Source: a virus. Taken from it: a stretch of DNA of 64,000 bases. Location: positions 1-64,000 of the IMG/VR virus record IMGVR_UViG_3300050026_000388, one strand, 5' to 3'. The position numbers and the translations under genes were made by a program. This document shows positions 30,540-41,127 of the stretch, in pieces (positions within the stretch are counted from its first letter, which is position 1; each line of letters begins with the position of its first letter). The notes below the pieces were generated by a model, which was given only the letters and a program-made list of their open reading frames with translations, was not told where the DNA came from and did no database searches.

Positions 30540-30710
30540 ATGAACATTGAGATACCTTTGTGTTTAGCATGTAAACATTTAATTGATATAAAGACCCAGA
30601 AGTGTGAGGCATACGATGTAATCCCTGATGCTATTTGGGATATTGAGGTTCAACATAATAAACCATATCCTGGCGACCACGGCATACAGTTTGAAGCGCG
30701 GCAGGATTGA
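30540..30710 (+). CDS. Small Cys/His protein (CxxCxH..C.A..IP..H..PYPGDHGIQFE)
   Basis: 56-aa ORF missing from the track, with a recognisable phage small-protein motif. Confidence 0.65.
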   Translation: MNIEIPLCLACKHLIDIKTQKCEAYDVIPDAIWDIEVQHNKPYPGDHGIQFEARQD

Positions 30711-31288
30711 AGAAGGCGGCAAGGTATAACGTATCTTTAAACAGGTGTATAACTAATCGTACATAACAAACAGATGATTGATACAGTAACTAAGGAACTA
30801 CTACAATGGTAGAATATATACAAGAAGATAAACAATTCAGGGTAGTCCTTGAACGTAATAAGCTGCTTACTGAAGATGAATGTATTGAGTGTGAACAATG
30901 CAAACACCCCAACCATAACCTGAAGATAGTGCGGCCGTGTAGTGTGTGTGGCACAATGTTCCAACAGTGGAATCCTAGGTTGTATACCCACTACTGTGAA
31001 GCGTGCGCTAAGAGCGCAGAAGGCGGCAAGAGGTGGCCGGAAAAGGGGGTGAGATGATTACTCTTGAAGAGGTATTAAATTACATCGAAGAACGATTAAC
31101 GATGGCGCAATTAAACGCTCAACTTATATGTGGTCATGATTGGGATGAAGGTTTCTATATGGGTAAAATCCATGTATGGGAAGAAATACGTGAGAAGATA
31201 AAAGAAGGGTGAAAGGCGGCAAGGTACAGTAAGAGATGTATTCTTTAAACAGATGTAGTATAACGAACGTAACGAACATGAGTAATAG

Positions 31289-32269
31289 ATGATTGATTCA
31301 ATTATATGCGGAGATTGCTTAGAGGTACTCCCTACGATTGAAGCTAGTTCGATTAACTTAGTTATTCTCGATTTGCCTTACAACATCAAGAAAGATACAT
31401 GGGATTCAATACCTGAGTATATGACGTTCGTCGGTGACGTATTCAAAGAATGTGAGCGTGTGCTTAAGGATAACGGAAGTCTTTATTGGTTTCATAATGA
31501 CTTTGATTCTATTGTTAATGTTTATACGTGGCTTAGGGATAATTCACGATTTGCCTTTAGGCAGTTCATAGTGTGGAACAAGAAGTATCCCGGTGTTGGC
31601 AATGAAGGATACCTACAAGGCTACAATGAACCGGAGATACTAAGGAACTACCAACGCTTTGCTGAGTATATCCTGTTCTTTGTGCGGCGCGAGAGTATGA
31701 AAACAGAATGGGATAAGACAGGACTCTTACGAGTGAAGCAGGATATTAATAACTTCACATCGCTGCGTGATTACTTCAAGTGGTTTCAGCAACAGCTCGG
31801 TATGACAAAGCTAGGGATAATGGAAAGATTAGGGCAATGTACTGACCATTGTTTTAGGTGGAATAGTTCACAGTGGGACTTGCCAACGGAAGAAACGTAT
31901 GCTGAATTATGTAAGCTACTTGATGAACAGATAGGATTAAGAGACTACGAAGACCTGCGCCGTGACTACGAAGACCAGCGCCGTGACTATGAGGGTCAGC
32001 GCTATACATTCAACAATCAGAAGACACACCATTCTGTATGGAATTATCCCGTAGAAAAGAAAGTAGGACACGTAACACCGAAGCCAGTAGCATTGATAGA
32101 GAACATAATTGAATACAGCAGCAATGAAGGCGACCTCGTTCTCGACCCAACAGCAGGCAGCGGCACAACCGCAGTAGCGTGTAAGCGTACAGGTAGACAC
32201 TATATCTGCATAGAGAAAGAAGAAGAGTATTGCAGGATAGCAGAGCGAAGAGTTAAGGAGATGCTATAA
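31289..32269 (+). CDS. DNA N6-adenine/N4-cytosine methyltransferase (beta class)
   Basis: DLPY, HVTPKP, VLDPTAGSGTT. Confidence 0.92.
   Translation: MIDSIICGDCLEVLPTIEASSINLVILDLPYNIKKDTWDSIPEYMTFVGDVFKECERVLKDNGSLYWFHNDFDSIVNVYTWLRDNSRFAFRQFIVWNKKYPGVGNEGYLQGYNEPEILRNYQRFAEYILFFVRRESMKTEWDKTGLLRVKQDINNFTSLRDYFKWFQQQLGMTKLGIMERLGQCTDHCFRWNSSQWDLPTEETYAELCKLLDEQIGLRDYEDLRRDYEDQRRDYEGQRYTFNNQKTHHSVWNYPVEKKVGHVTPKPVALIENIIEYSSNEGDLVLDPTAGSGTTAVACKRTGRHYICIEKEEEYCRIAERRVKEML
31943..32001 (+). repeat. 21-bp coding tandem repeat, ~3 copies (DYEDxRR)
   Basis: gactacgaagacctgcgccgt / gactacgaagaccagcgccgt / gactatgagggtcagcg. Confidence 0.8.
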
Positions 32270-32801
32270 TGCGGCAGGGAAAGCGGCAAGGTAAATCAAG
32301 ATGAAGTATATTCTTTAAACAGATGTAGTTAATCGGATAGGTAACTAAACATGACATACGCAATAGTAACTGAAGAAGTAAAGAAGAACAGGACTATCTA
32401 TTGTAGTAAGCCGTTCGTAGGTAAGCTCAAGGGTACAGGTAAGGATAAGGTACCAACCACTAACGAACTGATTGGATAGTAATAGAGTGATATAAGGAGA
32501 TGGATATACATGACGAGCGTATCAATAGACAAAGGAACTATCTTTGTTAAGATAGAGAGTGGCGACGCGCCTAAGCTAGTTATCGAACAAGCATTAGAAT
32601 TGTTTGATGCAGTCAATAAGAAGGATACCAAAACATAGAGCATAACAAAAGTAAGGAGACTATATAAAGAAGTAAGGAGATGAAGGAATAACAGTAATAA
32701 CAAAAGATTAGTATGTATATCCTATCTCAATACCATACATTCAATACAATGATGGAGAGCAAAGACAGCGCCGAAGGCGCGATATACCTAATCGGAGAAC
32801 A

Positions 32802-33152
32802 TTGATGGCATATAAGGATAAAGAGAAACGTAACGAGTATCAGCGCAACCTTATGCGCAGGCGGCGGTCAGCGGCAAACCCCAATCATTCGTTAGTAGAC
32901 TCTGAAGGCAAGACACTTAAAGAGTACAACCTCAAGACCGCAGCGCAGTTGAGGGAGATACTAGAGAGCACCCTCGATGAGCTGCAGCGCAATAAGGAAG
33001 TAGACATAGCGATTAAGATGAAGGCCGTGACGGGTGCCATCAAGGTAGCGGCAGAGCTGCTGAAGGTCACGGACTTGGATAAGCGAGTGCGTGAACTTGA
33101 AGACAAAGCTAAGGAGAAGACGGAAGGAAGTTGGAAGGACTCGCAGTTCTAG
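32802..33152 (+). CDS. Putative terminase small subunit
   Basis: Helical protein ending DLDKRVRELE, upstream of HNH and TerL. Confidence 0.45.
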   Translation: MMAYKDKEKRNEYQRNLMRRRRSAANPNHSLVDSEGKTLKEYNLKTAAQLREILESTLDELQRNKEVDIAIKMKAVTGAIKVAAELLKVTDLDKRVRELEDKAKEKTEGSWKDSQF

Positions 33153-33314
33153 CTTGACGGGGATACAAAAGATATATTTTGGATTGTAACGCTGGCCGTG
33201 TAGGACTTCTAGCACAAACCTGTGGACAAAACGACAAACGCGTGCGATATACTTCGAGTAAAACGCTTCGGCATTACACAACTGTGTTAAACTATTAGAG
33301 ACATATACTATCTT

Positions 33315-33728
33315 ATGCTATGCAAGAACTGCGGCATCAATGAACGCGAAGAACCTTTCGGCTGGTGCTCGATGTGTCTTGATGCTCCACCACTGGACAA
33401 ACAACCGAAGAAGGGCCGCTTCATCCTGAACGCAAAGGATACAGGTGGTGTGTGGCGCGAAGCATTGCGTGAGGCCTTGACCCCTATACCGCTGCCCGAG
33501 ACCAAGAAGCATCATCGCGTCGACAGGGGCAAGTCGCGCGCTGCGTGGCGGCGAGCATATAAACGACCGATACCAAGAGGATGGCACATCCACCACCTTG
33601 ACGGAAACCCTGAGAACAACGACCCAAACAACCTTGTCTGTGTCTCTCTTGAGCAGCACATCAATCTGCACGACGCTAATGGGGATACCCTAGCGGTTAG
33701 ATTACTGAAGCGCGGGTTTAAGAAGTAG
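33315..33728 (+). CDS. HNH endonuclease (packaging-associated candidate)
   Basis: WHIHHLDGNPENNDPNNLVCVS..H, adjacent to the terminase. Confidence 0.8.
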   Translation: MLCKNCGINEREEPFGWCSMCLDAPPLDKQPKKGRFILNAKDTGGVWREALREALTPIPLPETKKHHRVDRGKSRAAWRRAYKRPIPRGWHIHHLDGNPENNDPNNLVCVSLEQHINLHDANGDTLAVRLLKRGFKK

Positions 33729-34030
33729 CGAAGGCCGAAGGCCGGAGCGAAATTAACACTGGCGAATCGCCAACGAAAAAAATAAAAAAGAAATTGAAAA
33801 GTTGGAGGGGGGGGGCGGTAAGCGAGTCAACTCTATTCCAACTTGGCCAAACACCCCACTCATATAAAAAAAATGGGAGACTAATTTGAAGCATTTGTTA
33901 GTTTGCAGGCGAGAGGCGGCCGGCAGCGGCAGCGGTTGCCGGCAGCGGCAGCAAATTAACACTGGTCAACTCGGCAGGTATATAAACATTTAGGAGAATA
34001 TCATAACTGTGCAGGATGTTGCAGAGGTAT
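33729..34030. other. Candidate cos/pac region and TerL promoter
   Basis: GGCC-GAA-GGCC hairpin, G9 tract, A tracts, GGCAGC repeats, operator at 33956 and TATATAAA at ~33979. Confidence 0.4.
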
Positions 34031-34034
34031 AATA

Positions 34035-36020
34035 GTGCCAGGTAGCGACCCCATCGAAACCCGCGTAAAGAAACTTGAACGCAGCCATCAACCCAAAGAC
34101 GTTTCACGCATACCAAAAACCCCCGAAGAATTCTGCGCTTCCATCGAATTCGAGCCCGACCCCTGGCAACTCGACCTCATGAACGTCATCGCCACCGACA
34201 AACCCGCTAAAATCCTCGCCAACTGCGCCAGGCAATCCGGTAAAGAACTTCACGTTGACACGCCAGTCCCAACCCCCACGGGATGGACGACAATGGGCGA
34301 CTTGAACGCTGGCGATACAGTATTTGATGAGCAAGGAGAACCAACAAAAGTTACGTACTGCTCTGAGATTAGGATGCACCCCACATATCGCGTCGTTTTT
34401 TCAGATGGAAGTGAGATTATAGCTAATGGCGAGCACTTATGGACGACGCTTGATGCTGCGACCCGCAGCGCAGTATCCAGAAGTGTAAAAGACGTGCCGG
34501 TTTATTGGCCGTTCTGGAAATCACACGGTGCGCGTGGGCACGCTAATAAAAACCACCCTCAACAAAAGCACGCAAAGACACTGACAACGGAAGAAATTCG
34601 CGCGACAATACGCTATGGCGCGCGGCAAGATACAAACCACGCAATACCTACAACGCAACCACTCAAATTGCCAGAAGCCGAACTTCCGATTGACCCATAT
34701 GTTCTCGGCGTGTGGCTCGGGGACGGAACCTCAGCAGATGGTAGTATAACCTGTGTAGAGGAAGAGATAATTGGTAGCATCCGAGCGAGAGAATATGTTG
34801 TTCGCAAGCAAAACACGCGTTCTGATAGGGCGCAGGGGTGGGGCATTCTTGAACTACACCCTAAATTACGTGCATCAAACCTTACAAACAACAAACACAT
34901 CCCCTCGATATACCTACGTGCATCCACAGAACAGCGCCTAGCGCTGCTTCGCGGCCTTATGGATACGGACGGGTCAGCGAGCAGCGGCGCACGAAGCATG
35001 TGTGAATTTAGTGTAACATCAAAACCCCTCGCCGATGGGACGATGGAGCTATTACATAGTTTAGGAATACTCGCGCGCATAAAAGAAAGCCACGCAAAAT
35101 TAAACGGGCGTGTAACCGGACTACGCTACCGTATCACATTTACACCGTGGTTTAATCCGTTTTCTCTGAAACGCAAGGCAGCGCGCGTCAATTTAAACCC
35201 CGCGCGCCTGCGCAAAGGACTCAGCAAACTTCGCTTTATCACAGATATACTATCAAACGGCGTTCATAATGTTCGCTGCATTGCAGTTGATTCCCCATCA
35301 GGATTATACCTCGCAGGCAAATCGATGATTCCAACCCACAACACCCAAACGGCGGCCATCTGTAGCGTCTACCATGCTATAACCGGCTCCAACCGCACCG
35401 TAGTTATAATCAGCCCGTCAATGCGACAGTCACAGTATATGTTCCGACGCATTATGCAGGTATACCGCGCGGCCCTACGCCCAGTGAGAGCCGTCTCGGA
35501 AACTGCACTCCAACTCAGACTCGAAAACAACTCGTGGATAGTCGGCCTTCCCTCATCGGAGGAGACAATCCGCGGCTTAACCGCTTCTCTGTTGTGGGTG
35601 GAAGAAGCATCCCGCTGCTCTGACTCCCTAATCAGCGCTGCACTTCCTTTCGTCGCCACAATCCCCAACGCCAAACTGTGTATGATGAGCACCCCCGCAG
35701 GTCAAAGGGGCATGTGGTACAACGAGTGGAGTAAAGGAGTCGGCTACAAAAAGATTCTAGTGAACGCGGACCAGTGCCCACGCATCTCCCGCAACTTCCT
35801 TGACAGCCAGCTCGAGATGATGGGCAGCCGCTGGTATCAGCAGGAATATTACAACTCCTTCGAATCAAATGAAGCCTCGCTATTCAGGCATGAGGTTATC
35901 CAGAAGTGTATCCGCGATGATTTGGAAACGTTGGATGACGTGCTGGACGCCGCCCTTGAACTAGACGACGCCGAGCAGGAAGAAGACGGAATTAATATTG
36001 ACGATATAGGTTTGGATTAG
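34035..36020 (+). CDS. terL: Terminase large subunit ATPase domain, intein-containing
   Basis: PDPWQ, Walker A ARQSGK/T split by the intein, IRG..LWVEEA (Walker B), motif III STP. Confidence 0.92.
   Translation: MPGSDPIETRVKKLERSHQPKDVSRIPKTPEEFCASIEFEPDPWQLDLMNVIATDKPAKILANCARQSGKELHVDTPVPTPTGWTTMGDLNAGDTVFDEQGEPTKVTYCSEIRMHPTYRVVFSDGSEIIANGEHLWTTLDAATRSAVSRSVKDVPVYWPFWKSHGARGHANKNHPQQKHAKTLTTEEIRATIRYGARQDTNHAIPTTQPLKLPEAELPIDPYVLGVWLGDGTSADGSITCVEEEIIGSIRAREYVVRKQNTRSDRAQGWGILELHPKLRASNLTNNKHIPSIYLRASTEQRLALLRGLMDTDGSASSGARSMCEFSVTSKPLADGTMELLHSLGILARIKESHAKLNGRVTGLRYRITFTPWFNPFSLKRKAARVNLNPARLRKGLSKLRFITDILSNGVHNVRCIAVDSPSGLYLAGKSMIPTHNTQTAAICSVYHAITGSNRTVVIISPSMRQSQYMFRRIMQVYRAALRPVRAVSETALQLRLENNSWIVGLPSSEETIRGLTASLLWVEEASRCSDSLISAALPFVATIPNAKLCMMSTPAGQRGMWYNEWSKGVGYKKILVNADQCPRISRNFLDSQLEMMGSRWYQQEYYNSFESNEASLFRHEVIQKCIRDDLETLDDVLDAALELDDAEQEEDGINIDDIGLD
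34245..35342 (+). mobile_element. Class 3 intein with LAGLIDADG homing endonuclease (366 aa)
   Basis: Starts ELHVDTP. Block B HLW, block F VRCIAV, block G PTHN/T (the WCT triplet). LAGLIDADG motifs LGVWLGDG and LRGLMDTDG. Confidence 0.92.
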
Positions 36021-36029
36021 AGGATTAAA

Positions 36030-36803
36030 ATGACACGATTCACCCACGACGAATCCCCCAACTTCCGCGACCCTGAACCGGAGGCCACCCGCGGCGGTAT
36101 CTACGTTTACGGCCTCGAGCGCACAATAAACCCAGAAACTGACCTCGACGGCCGCCAGTTGCGGCAGGGGGACGAACCCCCACCGGAATCGGGCAAACTC
36201 AGAGCCTACGCAATCGGCCTCGACATCGGCGCGCGGCATGACCGCACCGCTTTGGCAGTCTTAGAGCTGAGATATAAGGGCGACACCCCACACTTATTCG
36301 TGAAATACCTCAAGAGATTAAAACTCGGCATCCTCTTCGCCGACGTGGCAACCCAAACCCGCCGCGTTGTCTCACTCCTGAGAAAAGAAGCCACGAAAAA
36401 CGGTGCGCGTTGTGATATAACCCTACTGGTCGACGCAAGCGGAGTCGGCGGCGGGGTGGCAGAGATGATAGTCGCCGCTCTCCCGAACGAAGACGTCCGG
36501 TCGGTCTTCATTACTGGTGGCCAATCGGCACGGTTGGAGGACGGCGGCCATGTCTACCTAAGCAAATCCCTTTTAGTATCAAACCTAGTCGCCCTCTTCG
36601 AATCCCACAGGATTTACTTATCAAAATACTCAAGGGAGATGGACGCGCTGCTCGATGAACTCGCCAACTTTGAAGTAAAGGTATCGGAAGACACCGGCAA
36701 CGAATCTTATAACGCTAAAACCGGAAAGTTTGACGACCTCGTAACCGCTCTAGGGCTGGCGGCATGGTGGGGGGAACGAAATCGCCCGGCGAGGCTATTC
36801 TAA
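36030..36803 (+). CDS. Terminase large subunit nuclease (RNase H-like) domain as a separate ORF
   Basis: AIGLDIG..DRTA..VDASGVG..DDLVTAL. Confidence 0.88.
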   Translation: MTRFTHDESPNFRDPEPEATRGGIYVYGLERTINPETDLDGRQLRQGDEPPPESGKLRAYAIGLDIGARHDRTALAVLELRYKGDTPHLFVKYLKRLKLGILFADVATQTRRVVSLLRKEATKNGARCDITLLVDASGVGGGVAEMIVAALPNEDVRSVFITGGQSARLEDGGHVYLSKSLLVSNLVALFESHRIYLSKYSREMDALLDELANFEVKVSEDTGNESYNAKTGKFDDLVTALGLAAWWGERNRPARLF

Positions 36804-39800
36804 TCATGACACAGGATGAAATACGCGCTGTGCTACTCACCGCGAAAGGCTGGCGGTCATCTGCGGAACTCGCGACGGCGATAGGCTGCACAAGGAAGGT
36901 AGCAATGGTTGGATTGAGGCGGCTGTATAAAAAGAGAGACATAGAGCGCACCCGCGCGCTACGCGGGGGGTGGGGGTATCGGCTGGCCGGTAGAAGGTGA
37001 AACGTGACTACTAAAGAACCAAAAACAAAACGAACCAAACTGTTTACGATAAAGTGCCCGGTGTGCAAGCACGAGTTTAAAGTCGCGGACCAAAACAATT
37101 ACGTCTGCACAAACTGCTATGAGCGGCATGCGCCGGATTGGATTAAGCCAAAGGGGTTATACACGTCCAGAAAACCGAAATCAAAACCCAAAGTAGATAA
37201 AGAAGGAGACTAATCTAACGTATGATACAACTCGCGTGCCCGCTAGACAACGCATCAGTCAGATTCGCTGAACTCCCTGGCGTATACCCTAAGCGCTGCC
37301 TTGATTGCGAATACTTCCGCAGCGACAGGAAAGGATGTTATTGTGGTAGGAAAACAACAGATTAAAAAGGCGCTTTTGGCGCTTACGTGGAACGAGTGGG
37401 TCGAACTATTTCTTATGATAGTAATAACCGGCAGTCTGATAGGCTTCTGGGGTCGATAATGAAAGCAGAGATAACCTGTCCATCCTGCTCAACGGGATTA
37501 ACCTTATTCCGCGGCGAAGTGCTGGCAAACCGCTGCCTTGAAATCAGGGCGGCATGCATGTGTCCGATATGCGCGTCGACGTTCACGGTAACAATACGCA
37601 TCGAACGTGAGTTAACAGTGGTTAATTACGAAGAAACCGAGGAAGCGATAGAGGGGGAGTAAGATGTGTAAAGAAACGCCTGAGACGCGCGACACACCAT
37701 GCCACTTGTGCAAATACGCGGGCGACGTCAATGAGGAAGGATGGTATATCTGCGCGGCACACGGGTTCCCACTTAAAGAGGGGGCTGAATTATTCCCCAC
37801 TTTGTGTATCTACTTTAAGGAGCGATGATGGGCCTTGTCCAGGTGACAGTGAAAGCAGTGTATTGCCCGGCGCTTGAAGCGTATACACCAATCGAAGGAT
37901 GCCGCACATGTAAGAACAACGAAGGGTGGGCGTTCGCAAAGGATGAAGACCACCATAACTTTGGGGTTATATGCGGCAGGTCTATAGACGGCTACATCCC
38001 AGAAAAAGTGCACCGGCACGATAGCCATTGGTGGCCTGGGAGAGACGAATCGTGGCAGTGACAACATGACAAAAATAATGCCTGTTCGGTGTCCCGCCTG
38101 TAGGAAACCGTTGTTACCGTCACTCCTTACAATCACCGATGACGATGACATAGAAAAGAAACAGTATGTGCTTTGCCCGTGGTGTCAAACAAAAGTATAT
38201 CTGCCGTTTGCTTCAAACGGCGGCAGCAACCCAACGCTCCATGAGCAAAACAGGCATAGCTCCCGGGACCCCATCACTGGAAGATTTGTAAGTGATAGCG
38301 ATGAGTAATAGATACACAATAGATAGAAAGTATACTTCGATGACTATCCGTCATTGTCCTAAGTACAACGTCCATGACCACTATGTTTTTACCTGCCTTA
38401 GCTCGTGCGAAGACTTCGAAGGGATTGTTGAAGGCGCGGTAATCTGCAACTACAAGTACCCGCCGACGGAATCCTCTGTTGACGAAAGCCCCAAACCTAG
38501 AAAGATTCCAGGTGTTGGCGGTCCATTGGATACGCCGAGTGTGGACGGGAAACCGAGTGGAGAGCGTGCACGGGACACGGCCGTCGGTCCAGAATTTGCA
38601 ATCCCTGTTGTAGACATGGGACCGCTTAAACCTAAAAAGCGGAAGGAGAAGAAGAAGAATGGATGCTAAAAATGCATTGGCGACGATGTACGGCATGGCA
38701 TTAACGACCTCGAATAATGACTCAACCTTAGATTATCTAGACAAGCTTTTCAAATGCATCCGTGATGCTATTGAGGAGAAAAAGAATGGATGAACTTATC
38801 AGCCAAGAACAAGCCGCTAGGAACCAACTAATACAGAACCTGCTTGTGGTTACGGGAATCGTTACCGCCGCGGAGATGTCGAACGTTGGCAGGAAGGTAG
38901 TGATGGATGCGTTGATGCAGTTGATGGCGTACCTAACCGCCCCGACGGATGAAAAGGTAATCGAAAACGTAACCCCCTTATACCCCTTGTATGGTTAAGA
39001 TTAGGTGAATATGACTGACGAAACCGACGAAGAGCAACGCATTGTCCAGGCGGCTATCGGCGGCTGGCTGCACGCGATGGTCGGGCGGCAGGAAAAACTA
39101 GAGGAAGACATTAGAGAACTTGCCGCGCAGGTTGAAATGCTGACTGCCGAGATGACGCGAATATTAACTGCACTGGGGGTTGATGCAGATTGGTCGAAGA
39201 CGAACAGCGCCCAATAATCTGCCCGCAGAAGAAAGTGAAATACGGTGCGTGCTTTGACTGTGAGTACTGCGAAAGAATCGGTTTCTGCGACTACCCTACC
39301 CCGGTAGACACACTCATCCGTGAAATCAAGCGCCGGCCCATGAGTACCCCGCTGTGGATGGGTGCGCTGCAGCGAAACACTACTGAAGTACAACTAGACG
39401 GCCGCCGCTGGTGCGACCGAAACGGCAACGAGGTTTTTATAATACAACCGTCACTTCAGGGCGCAAGCAAGAGCAAGAGGAAAGAAGAAAATGACGTGTG
39501 AAATGTGTATCGACTGCGGCAAGGTGTTCGAGCAATGGAATTCTCGGCTGTACGTGTATTACTGCAAAGAATGTAACGATAAAAGTATGTATGACGAAGC
39601 AGTGAAAAAGTTAGAAGGAAAAAGATGATTAAGAAAGTTTGTAAAAACTGTATTCATTGGGGAAAGAACGAACCGTACAGAAATGGAAAGCCACGGTTCG
39701 GCGGAGAATGTGATAGCGAAAAGTTTGTTTACGACGGTATGGATACCTATTACAATAAAGAGCCAGACGAGGATATGTTACAATACGGCGACTTTGAAGG

Positions 39801-41123
39801 ATACTCAGCGGACTTTGATACTGGCCCAGAGTTTGGATGTATTCACTTTGAACCGCACCGCGCGCGCGAGGAAAAAGATGAGGACGTAAAAGACAACGAT
39901 GACCACGATGCTGCAATGGAAGCAGCCGGCGAACAATGGAACCCCGAAGACGGATGTTGGGATTAAAATTGCGCGGAGAAAAAAGATGACTAAAATCGAG
40001 AAGAAATCAGAAACTAAGTGCATCGACTGCGAGCATTACCTCCTAAAAAACGAGACGGTAAGCTTAGATTTAATATTTGATTCTGTGGTAGCGACAGCTA
40101 AATACATCTGCGAGAAGGGTGACAAACCCAATATGATTAACTGGTGCGACCACTACTCGCGCGCCATTATCGAGGACGCAATCGTGTGGAAGCGGGGAGA
40201 TGTTGACGAGGACCCATAATGAACTGCATCGACTGCAAATATATGAGCAAGTCAGCAGGCAGCCAGTTCAGCGCGGGCATTCATGTGTACTGCCTCAAAT
40301 TAAAGTGCGTGGTCGAGCGCGACCACGGCTGCCCATCAGGAGAAAAAAGGAGGAATAAAAAATGATATTAGGACAACCAGATTGGTTGGTATATGTTATA
40401 GGATTTGTAGTATGGAGTGTGGCGCTGTACCTACTAGGATTCATCCACGGGATGCACCATAAGGAGATTGTATACATCCGCGAACGTAACGCGAAGCACG
40501 AAAATTTAGTAACGAAGGGGTGGTAAAATACATAAGCATGAGTTTCACCATAGTTGCTTCAAAGGCCGCAGCCTGAGAAACGACGCGCTGAAAACACTTG
40601 TAATGTGCATAGCCTTCGTGGTTATCGTAACAGTGATATTTACGTCAACGTGTTGGCCGTGTCTATGACGATGCGAGACGATATACTTAAGGTTTTTACT
40701 AGTGGAGAAGAGATGAAGAAAAAGAAAGACGAAGAGTTAGAATTAAAAAAGCCAGGGCCTGATGAAGACCGAGTACAGACATGCGAGCGCGCGATATGTG
40801 GTATGCTTGACCGGCTTGATTCCCTTGAAAAAAGCATGGACCACGCGTGGGGGGAAATCGCGAAGGGAGTACACCTGTGCAACTCCGATACGCGGCTGTA
40901 TACAGTAGAAGAACGCTTAACGCAGTTAGAGCAGAATTCATTAGATAACTTTCATGACATTCGAGCAGTAAAACATAAAGAACCCGAACCGATATTTGAA
41001 GAACTTGAAAAACGTGGGCTTGTCAGAAAAAGTAGCCAGACAGGGGACCTCTTGCTAACTGGAAAAGGAAGGCAACTTAAAAAACTGTTTGATGATACAT
41101 ATATTGTAGATATACGGGAGTGA
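36786..41123 (+). other. Cluster of small, mostly Cys-rich (CxxC) hypothetical ORFs
   Basis: Tightly packed ORFs at 37004, 37825, 38066, 38292, 39005, 39625, 39899 and others. Confidence 0.65.
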
Positions 41124-41127
41124 TAAG

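Larger units (their letters stand above)
30716..32350 (+). promoter_or_regulatory. Three copies of a promoter-like module GCGGCAAGGTA..CTTTAAACAGRTGTA..TAAC.AACA
   Basis: Copies start at 30716, 31216 and 32283. TTTAAA boxes lie ~35-40 nt before ATGs at 30774, 31278 and 32351. Confidence 0.7.
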
